Below are positions 44,585 to 53,260 of a DNA stretch of 64,000 bases, piece after piece. Origin of the DNA: Alphaproteobacteria bacterium (GTDB lineage: Bacteria; Pseudomonadota; Alphaproteobacteria; Rhizobiales; CAJQND01). Under the pieces are notes generated by a model. The model did no database searches. It had not been told where the DNA came from and was given only the letters and a program-made list of their open reading frames with translations. The translations under genes were made by a program, and so were the position numbers. The first letter of the stretch is position 1, and each line of letters begins with the position of its first letter. The DNA lies in contig JAAEUE010000165.1 of NCBI GenBank assembly GCA_024227565.1, positions 71,911 to 135,910 of the forward strand, written 5' to 3'.

Positions 44585-45805
44585 TCAACCGGGCGTCACG
44601 TAGCCAGCGGCATAGGTCTGGCGAATGAGTTCAAGGCAGCGCTCACGCGTCAAATCGTTGGAAAAGCGCGATGGGTAAACGAGGGGCAAGTCATATTCAG
44701 GCTCGCCATTCACCATCCAATGGGCAAGATATTCAGCTGATCCTCCCCCGGTTCCGATGCCGATGGAAAATCCGGTGGCCAGCCACAACCCTTCTTGGCC
44801 TTCAACAGGCCCCAACAGCGGGCAACCATCGGGCGTGTAGCAGATGGGCCCATTGTTGACGGTCTTGATGCCTGCCTCTCCAAAGGCCGGCAAGCGCTCC
44901 ATAACGCGCACCAGATGGGGCTCCAAGCGCTCCATGTCCGGCGGCAGAAGCTCTTCAATGAAGTCGGCAGGAATGCCGTCCACGGCCCAGAATTTCGGAT
45001 TGGATTCGTAAACGCCGCACAAGAAGCCATTGCGTTCCTGTCGCGTGTTGGACGGTGCCCAGGGATCGCGCACCGTTGGCACCTCAAAGCCAAGTTCGGC
45101 GAGGCCGGGCACCTCCCCGGTGATCACCTCGTGATGTTCAAGTGGATAGAGCGGCAGGTTCAAGCCCAATCCCGCCAACATCTCGCGGGCCCAGAAGCTG
45201 CTGGCCACAACCACCTTATCTGCCTCAACCTCTCCGTCGGCGGTTGAAACGACCCAACCGGATTTGCCTCGTCTGATATCAGTCGCCGGCGTGTGGCGCT
45301 TGATCCGGGCACCCAGTTTTTGGGCGGCTTTCGCCAGGGCGTGCGTAGCGCCGGTTGGGTCAACATGACCGTCGGTGGGTGTGTGGGCAGCGCCATGAAG
45401 ACCGGTTACATCCAAAAGCGGATGTAGCTCGCCTATCCGATCTGGCCCAACCACGGCGTAATCCACGCCAATCTCATCATAGAGCGGCTCAAGGCGTTTG
45501 TACGCCTCAAGCTCGTGCTCAGTGGTTGCCAAACGCAGGCTGCCGGCGGGGTGAAAGCTGACCGGTTGGCCGCTTTCGCTCTCGGCTTGCAGATAGGTTC
45601 TTACCGAATTGACGTAGAGCTTGGTGATGCTCGAGTAGTGGCCGAAATAGGTGACATTGCCTGCCGCGTGCCAGGTAGAGCCTGAGGTCAGTTCGCGGCG
45701 CTCCAGCAGCAGGGTGTCGGTCCAACCAAGCTTGGCCAGCCAATAGAGCACGCTGCAGCCGACGATGCCCCCACCAATGACCACCGTTTGCACCTTCTCT
45801 GTCAT
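44585..45805 (-). CDS. FAD-dependent oxidoreductase (DAO family, sarcosine-oxidase-beta-like)
   Basis: MTEKVQTVVIGGGIVGCSVLYWLA. The ATG at 45805 overlaps the MttB stop in an ATGA arrangement (45805..45802). Confidence 0.85.
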   Translation of the reverse strand: MTEKVQTVVIGGGIVGCSVLYWLAKLGWTDTLLLERRELTSGSTWHAAGNVTYFGHYSSITKLYVNSVRTYLQAESESGQPVSFHPAGSLRLATTEHELEAYKRLEPLYDEIGVDYAVVGPDRIGELHPLLDVTGLHGAAHTPTDGHVDPTGATHALAKAAQKLGARIKRHTPATDIRRGKSGWVVSTADGEVEADKVVVASSFWAREMLAGLGLNLPLYPLEHHEVITGEVPGLAELGFEVPTVRDPWAPSNTRQERNGFLCGVYESNPKFWAVDGIPADFIEELLPPDMERLEPHLVRVMERLPAFGEAGIKTVNNGPICYTPDGCPLLGPVEGQEGLWLATGFSIGIGTGGGSAEYLAHWMVNGEPEYDLPLVYPSRFSNDLTRERCLELIRQTYAAGYVTPG

Positions 45806-47364
45806 GATCTGCCCCTTCGGGTCCAAACAGGGTCCAGGTGGATGTCGTAGGCATCACGGATAGCCGTATCCGCAGCGCTGTCGATCTGACGCGGATAATG
45901 ATCGTTCAACACCGTCTCCACCTTTTGGGCTGCCCGCTGCCAAATGTCTTCTGCGCCGGCATCCGCCCAATCGTCCGGGCTGGAGCGGTCTGCTTGGCGT
46001 GGATAGATGAACTCGGTCTCCATCAGTTCCATGGTTTGCTGCGCGCCGAGGAAATGGCCAGGGCCCTTCACCGTGTTGGCAATCACGTCCACCGAGAGGG
46101 TTTCATCAGACACCTCAATGCCGCGGGCAATGCGCCGGATGCTGGAGAGCATGTCATCGTCGATCACCATGGCTTCAAAGGAACAGCCGAGCAGGCTGGC
46201 CAGCATTCCGGCGGACTCATAGACAAACCCGCCTCCAGAGAGCGACGCCAGCACCATGGTCAGCGCTTTTTCAAAGCCGGCCTGATTGTCCGGAACTTTG
46301 GAATCCGACATGCCCGCACCGACACCGCCGGGCACACCATAGAACGCTGACATTTGCCCTGATGCTGCGCCCAAAAGGGCCTGCTCACCGCCGCCGCCGC
46401 TGAAGGCCCCGGTGCGCAAGTCAGACACGAAGGCCCAGTTTCCCATCACAACCGGGTAGCCTGGCTGGAGAAAGTTGACGACGGCAAGCGAGGCCAGCCC
46501 CTCGGCACACACCTGGGCCAGACTGCCTGCAAGGGCGGCGGGGGCGGTAGCACCGGCCTGGGGGCCTGTCAGGCAATGCAGCGGCATGCCGATCTCCACC
46601 GCTGCGCACGCCACGTCCAGGCTGTCCTCTGCAAAAGTCATCGGCGAGACAACGGTGGTGGCGTGCACCGTGCAGAACGGTCTCTTCCGAAACGCGCCCT
46701 CCCCTCCGGCCAACGCATCGAGCATTGGGACAAGCTTTTGGACGTGCTCGCCCGCGGTGATGCTGGTGGCGATGTGTTTGTTGGTGCCGGCCGCGGATGC
46801 GTAGATCGTGTTGGCATCGAACTCAAACAGATCTTCAATATCCGTCGCAACAACCGGCCGGGCAAACCATTGAATGTTCTCAAGGGTGTCGCACAACCGG
46901 GCAAGATCATAGAGATCGCGCAAGATGCTTGGGCGATACTTGCGCGTCTGGCGGTCCAGCATCTTCACCGCTGCCCCGCCCGTGCACATGTTGATCTTGC
47001 CGTTGCGGGCCTCAAAATCGAATGCTGACTGGCGGCCGTGCACCGTGAAGCTTTTGGCGGCACTGGCGATGACGTCTTCCACAAGCGCTCGCGGAAACAT
47101 CAACCGGCCGTTCTCATCCAGTGAGCATCCTCTGGAAAGAGCGGCTTCGGCGATCCGCTTGGTGGGTGAGCCCATGCCGACTTTTTCCAGCAGGTCCAAG
47201 GCTGCGCCGTGAACCTTCTCTACGTCTGCTGCAGTTAAGGGCTGAAAGGAGGCGCCAAGTTCTGTGCCCGGGCTCATGGTGACCGTTTCGGCGGCTTTCT
47301 TCCGGCGCTCTTTGCACGCGCGCCGACCGCCTGATCGCACAGCGATACTTTTCGTGTCCATCAT
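45802..47364 (-). CDS. trimethylamine methyltransferase (MttB) superfamily protein, non-pyrrolysine
   Basis: MMDTKSIAVRSGGRRACKERRKK... with family-wide similarity to 41099-42643. I prefer the ATG at 47364 (AAGGTGA upstream), because the longer track ORF would run through the operator palindrome. Confidence 0.85.
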   Translation of the reverse strand: MMDTKSIAVRSGGRRACKERRKKAAETVTMSPGTELGASFQPLTAADVEKVHGAALDLLEKVGMGSPTKRIAEAALSRGCSLDENGRLMFPRALVEDVIASAAKSFTVHGRQSAFDFEARNGKINMCTGGAAVKMLDRQTRKYRPSILRDLYDLARLCDTLENIQWFARPVVATDIEDLFEFDANTIYASAAGTNKHIATSITAGEHVQKLVPMLDALAGGEGAFRKRPFCTVHATTVVSPMTFAEDSLDVACAAVEIGMPLHCLTGPQAGATAPAALAGSLAQVCAEGLASLAVVNFLQPGYPVVMGNWAFVSDLRTGAFSGGGGEQALLGAASGQMSAFYGVPGGVGAGMSDSKVPDNQAGFEKALTMVLASLSGGGFVYESAGMLASLLGCSFEAMVIDDDMLSSIRRIARGIEVSDETLSVDVIANTVKGPGHFLGAQQTMELMETEFIYPRQADRSSPDDWADAGAEDIWQRAAQKVETVLNDHYPRQIDSAADTAIRDAYDIHLDPVWTRRGRS

Positions 47365-47384
47365 CGCTTGATCACCTTCACATA

Positions 47385-47401
47385 GTTCTATATTATAGAA
47401 C
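47385..47401. promoter_or_regulatory. perfect palindrome GTTCTATA-T-TATAGAAC in the mttB/iclR divergent region; candidate IclR operator
   Basis: Read directly from the sequence. An extra half-site ATATAGAAC lies at 47414-47422. Confidence 0.45.
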
Positions 47402-47478
47402 TCACTTTCCGTAATATAGAACATTTAAATGTGCCCAGATCCTTCTGTCAATCACTTCGTGCAGCGATGAGCTGTTAG

Positions 47479-48249
47479 ATGGCGACAAGCTCAATTGTCT
47501 CAAAAACCGCCCTGGTGCTCGATTTTTTGTGCGCTCGCAGCGAACCGCTCAGCTTCACGCAAATTGCCAAGGCAACGGGGCTGCAGAAAAGCGCGACCCA
47601 TAGAATTCTCTCCATCCTGCGCGAAGAGCGCCTGGTGGCCTATGACGCGACCAACCAGACCTACTTTGCGGGCAACCGTTTGACCGGGTGGGCGGCTGGG
47701 GTCTTCAGGACCAACGATCTGCCCGCTTTGTGTGCAAGCGCCATGGAACGCCTTTGCGCGCAGTGCGGCGCGCATGTTGCCCTGTCGATCCTCGATGGAT
47801 CTTCGGCGCTCTATCTCAAAACCGTTGAGGCCGGCGAACCCTACCGCCTGGCAGCCAGGGTGGGCGAACGTTCGCCGCTTCACGCGACCGCGGCTGGAAA
47901 GGTCTTGCTGGCACATCAGAATCCGGCAAAGCAGGCTGGCCTGCTGGAGGCTTTGCCCCTGGAACGGTACACCGAGTTCACGATCACCAGTCCTGACGCC
48001 CTCAAGACCGAATTGGACGAAATCCGGGCCCGTGGATATGCTTTATGCAACCGGGAAGAATTTTTGCAAGTTGCCGGGATTTCTGCTCCCATCTTCGGAT
48101 CGCAAGGCAGCCCGGTGGGGGCCATCAGCATTTGGAATCTGGTGGAGCGTCACGATATCGATGCACTGAGCGGCCACGCACCCAAGCTGATCGACGCCAC
48201 CAAGACGCTGTCTGAACGTCTGGGACATGGCGCGAGCCTGACCGAATAA
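47479..48249 (+). CDS. IclR family transcriptional regulator
   Basis: N-terminal wHTH (LSFTQIAKATGLQKSATHRILSILREERLV) and a C-terminal IclR effector domain. 256 aa. Confidence 0.9.
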   Translation: MATSSIVSKTALVLDFLCARSEPLSFTQIAKATGLQKSATHRILSILREERLVAYDATNQTYFAGNRLTGWAAGVFRTNDLPALCASAMERLCAQCGAHVALSILDGSSALYLKTVEAGEPYRLAARVGERSPLHATAAGKVLLAHQNPAKQAGLLEALPLERYTEFTITSPDALKTELDEIRARGYALCNREEFLQVAGISAPIFGSQGSPVGAISIWNLVERHDIDALSGHAPKLIDATKTLSERLGHGASLTE

Positions 48250-48319
48250 GCATCACGGATGTAAATTAACTGCCTCAGCCTATTGCGGGGCCGCGTTCTA
48301 TCGGCTACGTGCCACGCCC

Positions 48320-50299
48320 ATGCTTCACGTCAACGAACTCACCTATCATATCGAGGGCCGGCTTCTGCTGGATGGCGCCTCCGTGGCTGTTCCGGCGGGC
48401 CACAAGGTTGGGTTCGTCGGGCGCAACGGCACCGGCAAGACCACCTTGTTCAAGATCATTCTCGGCGAGATAAACACAGACGGCGGTTCTATCAATGTGC
48501 CGGCAAGCTGGCGGGTTGGCGCCATTGCCCAGGAAGCCCCGGGCGGACCGGAAAGCCTGATCGACCATGTGCTTTCCGCCGACACGGAACGCGATCAATT
48601 GCTGACCGAGGCGGAAACCCAGGAAGACCCCTCCCGCATTGCCGAAATCCATATGCGCCTGGCCGATATCAGCGCCCACACAGCCCCGTCGCGGGCCGCA
48701 ACAATTCTGGCCGGCCTGGGCTTCAGCGAGGCTGCACAGCAGCAGCCCTGCGGCTCACTATCTGGCGGCTGGCGCATGCGTGTGGCCTTGGCCGCCGCGC
48801 TGTTTTCCGAACCTGAAGTGCTTCTTCTGGATGAGCCAACCAACTATCTCGATCTGGAAGGCACAATTTGGCTGCAGAACTTTCTCCGGAACTACCGGTA
48901 CACGTTGATCATCATCAGCCACGATCGTGACCTGCTCAACACGTCGGTTTCAAGCATCCTGCATCTGGATCAGAAAAACCTGACGCTCTATCAGGGCAAC
49001 TACGACACGTTTGACCGCCAGCGCCGCGAACAGCAGGCGTTGCAGCTGAAAATGAAAAAGAAACAGGATGACCAGCGCCGCCACATGCAGGCGTTTGTCG
49101 ACCGCTTTCGCTACAAGGCCTCCAAGGCCCGCCAGGCGCAAAGCCGTCTGAAAGCCCTCTCCAAGCTGGAGCCGGTGGCCGCCATGGCGGAGAACCAAGT
49201 TGCCCCGTTCCTGTTCCCCGCCCCAAAGAAAATCCTCAATCCGCCCCTGGTGCGCTTTGAGGATGCGGAAGTGGGTTATGGCGATATCACGGTGCTTCGC
49301 GATCTCAATATGCGGCTGGATCCGGACGACCGCATCGGCTTGCTCGGGGCCAACGGCAATGGCAAATCAACCTTTGCCAAGCTGCTCTCCGGCCGCCTGT
49401 CGGTGAGCGCGGGCTCCATGCGCCATCACAAGAAAATGGACGTGGGCTACTTTGCGCAGCACCAGCTCGACGAGCTCGATCCCGGGGAGAGCCCCTACGA
49501 CCACATCCGCGCGCGGATGCGCGACTCAACCGAAGCTCAGCGCCGCGCCAAGATCGGTGCGCTTGGGTTTGGTGCTCACTTGGCCGACACCAAGGCCGGC
49601 AAACTGTCTGGCGGAGAGAAAGCCAGACTGCTGTTCGCCATGGCCTCCTTTGCCGGCCCTCACCTCCTGATCCTCGATGAGCCGACCAACCATCTGGATG
49701 TGGATAGCCGCGAAGCCTTGATCCACGCGATCAACGACTATGAGGGCGCCGTGATCCTGATCAGCCACGACCGCCACCTCATAGAAACTTGCGCCGACCG
49801 GCTGTGGCTGGTGAACAAGGGCACCATCAAACCTTTTGAGGGCGATTTGGACGATTACACCAAACTGATCCTCAGCGCCGCCCGAGCCGAACGCAAGGCC
49901 GCAGCAGCGAAAGCCAAGGGGGCAGATGTACCTGACGCCAACGGCTCAGATGTTGAAGCAACCCCTTCAGAACCTGAAACAACGGTGCACAACGGCATAG
50001 AGCTGACCCCGCAAGAACGCAGACGCGCAGCTGCTGATGCCCGGGCCAAGGTGCAGCCGTTTAAGAAAAAGATTCAACAAATCGAATCTAAGATGCAGAA
50101 ACTAAACGAAATTCTCAGCTTGATCGATACGAACCTCGGCGACACGGGCCTTTATGAAAAAGAACCCGACAAAGCCCAACAACTGGTGCTGGAGCGGGGA
50201 AAAGCCGCCAAGGATCTGCAGGACGCTGAAACAGAATGGGTTGAAGCCACAGAGGCCCTGGAGAAGGCAGAAGCTGCTGTGCTGGCCGTTCAGGCCTGA
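48320..50299 (+). CDS. ABC-F family ATPase (Uup/YheS-like)
   Basis: Two NBDs (GRNGTGKTT / LSGGWRMR; GANGNGKST / LSGGEKAR), no TM domain, and a charged C-terminal coiled-coil extension. Confidence 0.9.
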   Translation: MLHVNELTYHIEGRLLLDGASVAVPAGHKVGFVGRNGTGKTTLFKIILGEINTDGGSINVPASWRVGAIAQEAPGGPESLIDHVLSADTERDQLLTEAETQEDPSRIAEIHMRLADISAHTAPSRAATILAGLGFSEAAQQQPCGSLSGGWRMRVALAAALFSEPEVLLLDEPTNYLDLEGTIWLQNFLRNYRYTLIIISHDRDLLNTSVSSILHLDQKNLTLYQGNYDTFDRQRREQQALQLKMKKKQDDQRRHMQAFVDRFRYKASKARQAQSRLKALSKLEPVAAMAENQVAPFLFPAPKKILNPPLVRFEDAEVGYGDITVLRDLNMRLDPDDRIGLLGANGNGKSTFAKLLSGRLSVSAGSMRHHKKMDVGYFAQHQLDELDPGESPYDHIRARMRDSTEAQRRAKIGALGFGAHLADTKAGKLSGGEKARLLFAMASFAGPHLLILDEPTNHLDVDSREALIHAINDYEGAVILISHDRHLIETCADRLWLVNKGTIKPFEGDLDDYTKLILSAARAERKAAAAKAKGADVPDANGSDVEATPSEPETTVHNGIELTPQERRRAAADARAKVQPFKKKIQQIESKMQKLNEILSLIDTNLGDTGLYEKEPDKAQQLVLERGKAAKDLQDAETEWVEATEALEKAEAAVLAVQA

Positions 50300-50326
50300 G
50301 TGCAATTTTACCCAGCCCCCCAAAAG

Positions 50327-50345
50327 AGGGGCGACTGCCGCCCCT
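50327..50345 (-). terminator. hairpin AGGGGCG-actgc-CGCCCCT with a T-run on the minus strand; candidate terminator of the cyclase gene
   Basis: The minus-strand reading is AGGGGCGgcagtCGCCCCTCTTTTGGGG. It lies 18 nt after the stop at 50363. Confidence 0.45.
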
Positions 50346-50362
50346 CCTGAGAATTGAACAGC

Positions 50363-51163
50363 CTAGACCAGCGCAAAGATCCGCGTTGGGCCCCCGGTGG
50401 CGCCCTTAATCTTGGGACCGCCCACGACGATGGTTGCGCCGGCTTCAGGCACATCGCCCAGATTGGCGACACACTCCAGCCCCCACCTGCCCGACGGCAG
50501 CCATTTGTAGTGGGTGGAGAACTTCTTCGACTGCCCATAATCCAGCGACAGGGTGTCCGATGCCATGCCGGCTGCGCCGCGCTCGATCATCATATCGGCC
50601 GCCTCAACGTGGAAGCCCGGAAAGTGCAAACTGCTGTCTTTTGCACCGCGGAACTTGTCGGAACCCACATGCTTGTCCCAGCCCGAGCGCAAGGCCACGC
50701 AGGAGCCGGCCGGGATGGTGCCATGTTTGGCTTCCCAGGCTTTCAGATCGTCGGGCGTCAATTGGGCGTTCACGTCAGTTTCCGCGCGCGCTGCAATATC
50801 CACCACCACCAGGGGCAGGACGAGCTTGTCGGCAGGGATGCCCGCAGCGTCTGCCTGGTCGGCGGAGAAATGGATCGGCGCGTCCATGTGCGTGCCGGTA
50901 TGCTCGTTCAAGTTCCACCGGTTGAGGTTGAAGCCCTCTTTTTCGAACGCGTAGACCTTCTGCAAAGCAATGCCGGGATCACCCGAAAACGTCGGAAACT
51001 CCGCGGAGAGTTCATGGGTGAGGTCCACCACTTTGGAGAACCCGTTGACCGCCGCATTGGCTGGGGCAACGGGCAGGCTCGATGCCACTGTTGCTGTGGC
51101 TGCCGCGGCAGCCGCAACAGAGAAGAATCCTCGTCTCGACAGCCGGTCGTGAACGACTTGCAT
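50363..51163 (-). CDS. Tat-exported cyclase-family protein (kynurenine formamidase-like fold)
   Basis: MQVVHDRLSRRGFFSVAAAAAATATVASSLPVAPANA (twin-arginine signal), then NEHTGTHMDAPIHF typical of the cyclase/arylformamidase family. The ATG at 51163 has AGGA 5 nt upstream. Confidence 0.8.
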   Translation of the reverse strand: MQVVHDRLSRRGFFSVAAAAAATATVASSLPVAPANAAVNGFSKVVDLTHELSAEFPTFSGDPGIALQKVYAFEKEGFNLNRWNLNEHTGTHMDAPIHFSADQADAAGIPADKLVLPLVVVDIAARAETDVNAQLTPDDLKAWEAKHGTIPAGSCVALRSGWDKHVGSDKFRGAKDSSLHFPGFHVEAADMMIERGAAGMASDTLSLDYGQSKKFSTHYKWLPSGRWGLECVANLGDVPEAGATIVVGGPKIKGATGGPTRIFALV

Positions 51164-51321
51164 ACATCCTGGGGCGCACATGTGTATCTCCCGTTTGTTG
51201 TTTAAGAGGACCAGCCTAGCACACAGATCAAAGTTGGCTACAAATGCGGCAAATCTGTCACAGTATTGCAAGGTTTTGTTAACCCGCACATGGAAAAATT
51301 TCAGCGTTAGTAGGTGGGTAT

Positions 51322-51567
51322 TTGAGTATGAGTTGGTACACGAAAAACCAGGCGGTGGCCCGTTCAAGCACGCTCGGACTGCTGGTATTGGCCGGCGCTG
51401 TCACTGTTGATTTTCAGGACGCGCCAGCAAACATAATCCGTCAACAACCTGAGACTGTGCAAGCGACCAAGGTCAGCCTGGTGTCGTTGCGCGCAAGTCT
51501 GCAGAACCCGGCAGAAATGCTGGAGACGGGCAACGTTTACTTTGATCTGGATGCGCCGGTGAACTGA
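51322..51567 (+). CDS. hypothetical small protein with one hydrophobic segment
   Basis: ORF only. AGGTGGG lies upstream and there is a hydrophobic stretch STLGLLVLAGAVTV. Support is weak. Confidence 0.3.
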   Translation: MSMSWYTKNQAVARSSTLGLLVLAGAVTVDFQDAPANIIRQQPETVQATKVSLVSLRASLQNPAEMLETGNVYFDLDAPVN

Positions 51568-51729
51568 GCGCCGGCCGGGAGACAGGTCCCGCTCGACGCG
51601 CATTCAATCACAATTTCGCCACCAAATAGCCAATTTTGGACGAAACCGGGCTTTAGACGTTGACGTCAGGCCAATCTTTTGATCTGAGTTTTGCTACGCA
51701 TTTGCGTAGTGGTTGGTGGGTTGATTGAG

Positions 51730-51960
51730 ATGTGGCGCAAGTTTGGCAAACGCAGTCCGCGTACGCGTTTGAAAGAGCTGTTGGCGAGTATTGAGCAGGC
51801 GAGAGATGATGCCTCTAACCTGAGGTTGGACTCTACGACCAAACTGCTTGAAATGGCGGAACTTTCCATTATCGAAGATCTGGAGCGCCCAGCCCGCAAA
51901 CCCTCGCGCCCGCGCGCATCAACAGCTGCCAAACGCACCTCGCCCCGCCCCTCGCGCTAA
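51730..51960 (+). CDS. hypothetical small basic protein
   Basis: The ATG at 51730 is preceded by GGTGGG and by the palindrome CTACGCA-TT-TGCGTAG (51694-51709). No motif recognised. Confidence 0.3.
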   Translation: MWRKFGKRSPRTRLKELLASIEQARDDASNLRLDSTTKLLEMAELSIIEDLERPARKPSRPRASTAAKRTSPRPSR

Positions 51961-51976
51961 GCTCCTCATCGCTGTA

Positions 51977-52134
51977 TCAAACGATCGGATCATAGCGAAA
52001 ACTCAGGTTACCACCCCGCAACGTGGCTGCGATATTTCCGCGCCAGTTCGCATCTGAGCACTCAGGAAAGTCGGATCGAAAGTGCGCCCCTCTGCTCTCT
52101 GCCCGCCGCCCACAATGACGACGTCGGTGTTCAA
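51977..52134 (-). pseudogene. deletion remnant of an FAD flavoprotein gene (NadB/SdhA/FrdA-type): N-terminal Rossmann codons fused out of frame to the C-terminal ~45 codons
   Basis: On the minus strand from the TTG at 52134, the sequence reads (M)NTDVVIVGGG. The frame shifts within GGCGGCGGG, and the next frame reads RRAESRGAHFRSDFPECSDANWRGNIAATLRGGNLSFRYDPIV followed by a stop. ESRGAH.R.DFPE is the conserved C-terminal signature of this flavoprotein family. Confidence 0.5.
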
Positions 52135-52146
52135 CGCACCGGGTAT

Positions 52147-52569
52147 CTAGCCTGCAATGAGCTTGATGTAGCGGCCATGGACCCAACCGCTGGCGCAGGC
52201 CCCGGCATAGGATTGGCGCTCGGCAATCGGACTGCTCACCCCACAATCAGCATCATCTGGTCCATAAACAATGCCAACCCAGGCACCGTTCTGGTCGCAC
52301 ATGTAGACTTGGGTTTTGGACGTAAGCTTGTCCTTCATCGGGTGCGCTGAACCAGGGCCGATCCGAACCGCGAGAAAATTGTCCCCGTCGGGGTTCAAGC
52401 GATAAACCTCTCCCTCGCTTCCGCAGGCAACCAGATCTATTTCACCGCCCACCTTAACCGCAACACCGCTATCGCCTGCATGTGAACTCGTGGGAAGAGA
52501 AACACTCCAACTCGCCACTAGCCCGGCAACAATGGCAAACATAACGCCCGTCCTACGACCCTCAATCAT
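52147..52569 (-). CDS. secreted hypothetical protein (140 aa, 4 Cys)
   Basis: Signal-like N-terminus (GVMFAIVAGLVASWSVSLPTSSHAG). No motif recognised. Confidence 0.55.
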   Translation of the reverse strand: MIEGRRTGVMFAIVAGLVASWSVSLPTSSHAGDSGVAVKVGGEIDLVACGSEGEVYRLNPDGDNFLAVRIGPGSAHPMKDKLTSKTQVYMCDQNGAWVGIVYGPDDADCGVSSPIAERQSYAGACASGWVHGRYIKLIAG

Positions 52570-52617
52570 GTCTTAAGCTCTGCCTTCTCTCGGTACCAAT
52601 CTCATTCCAAACGAAAT

Positions 52618-53112
52618 TTAGGGTAGCTGTGCTCTAAGATCCCGCAAGAGGCTCTTCACGCGCGCTTCATTAACCCCGCCGTCAGAGTACCCGTACTTCG
52701 AACGGCTATAGATTGCCAGGCTCGAGGTGGCATCGTCTCGTATCTGAAACTCAACTGTGACCCGGTCGGGGTACCGCAACAGCTTAGAGCGCTGTTCATA
52801 GTGGCGCCGGTGCGGCAGGCCACTCTTGTTTAGGCGGACGAAATCAACCTTTTTGTCCATCATCGCATCCCACGCCTTCTCCAGTTCAGCGCGCGGAACC
52901 TGGAGAACCGGAGAAATCATGTGGGGCTTGTCTTTGCAATAATCCGGCGGGCACACCAGGTACTGATTGGGGGTGGACACCAGAACGGTTTTGCGAAAAT
53001 CGATCTGCCGGTCCAGGTCCGCTGCCGTCCACCATAAACCGATCAGCACGGCAACCAAAATGATCGGCATCGCCAAGACAACATAAAGGATCTTTCGCAC
53101 AGTCTTATTCAT
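52618..53112 (-). CDS. DUF1499-like membrane-anchored protein
   Basis: N-terminal TM. C-terminal LAIYSRSKYGYSDGGVNEARVKSLL resembles the S.G.SD.G.N..R block of DUF1499 as I recall it. Confidence 0.6.
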   Translation of the reverse strand: MNKTVRKILYVVLAMPIILVAVLIGLWWTAADLDRQIDFRKTVLVSTPNQYLVCPPDYCKDKPHMISPVLQVPRAELEKAWDAMMDKKVDFVRLNKSGLPHRRHYEQRSKLLRYPDRVTVEFQIRDDATSSLAIYSRSKYGYSDGGVNEARVKSLLRDLRAQLP

Positions 53113-53260
53113 CTCGCGTCACGGGAAGGTTCTATCCACAATCGGTCTAGCCTGACTTGGGAGCGTGGTATAGAACAATGATCTACGAAAAGTTGGGTGC
53201 GGCAACAACCTTGCGCCTTAAGCAAACAAACATAACAGGGAACCCACGGGAGGGTACGGC

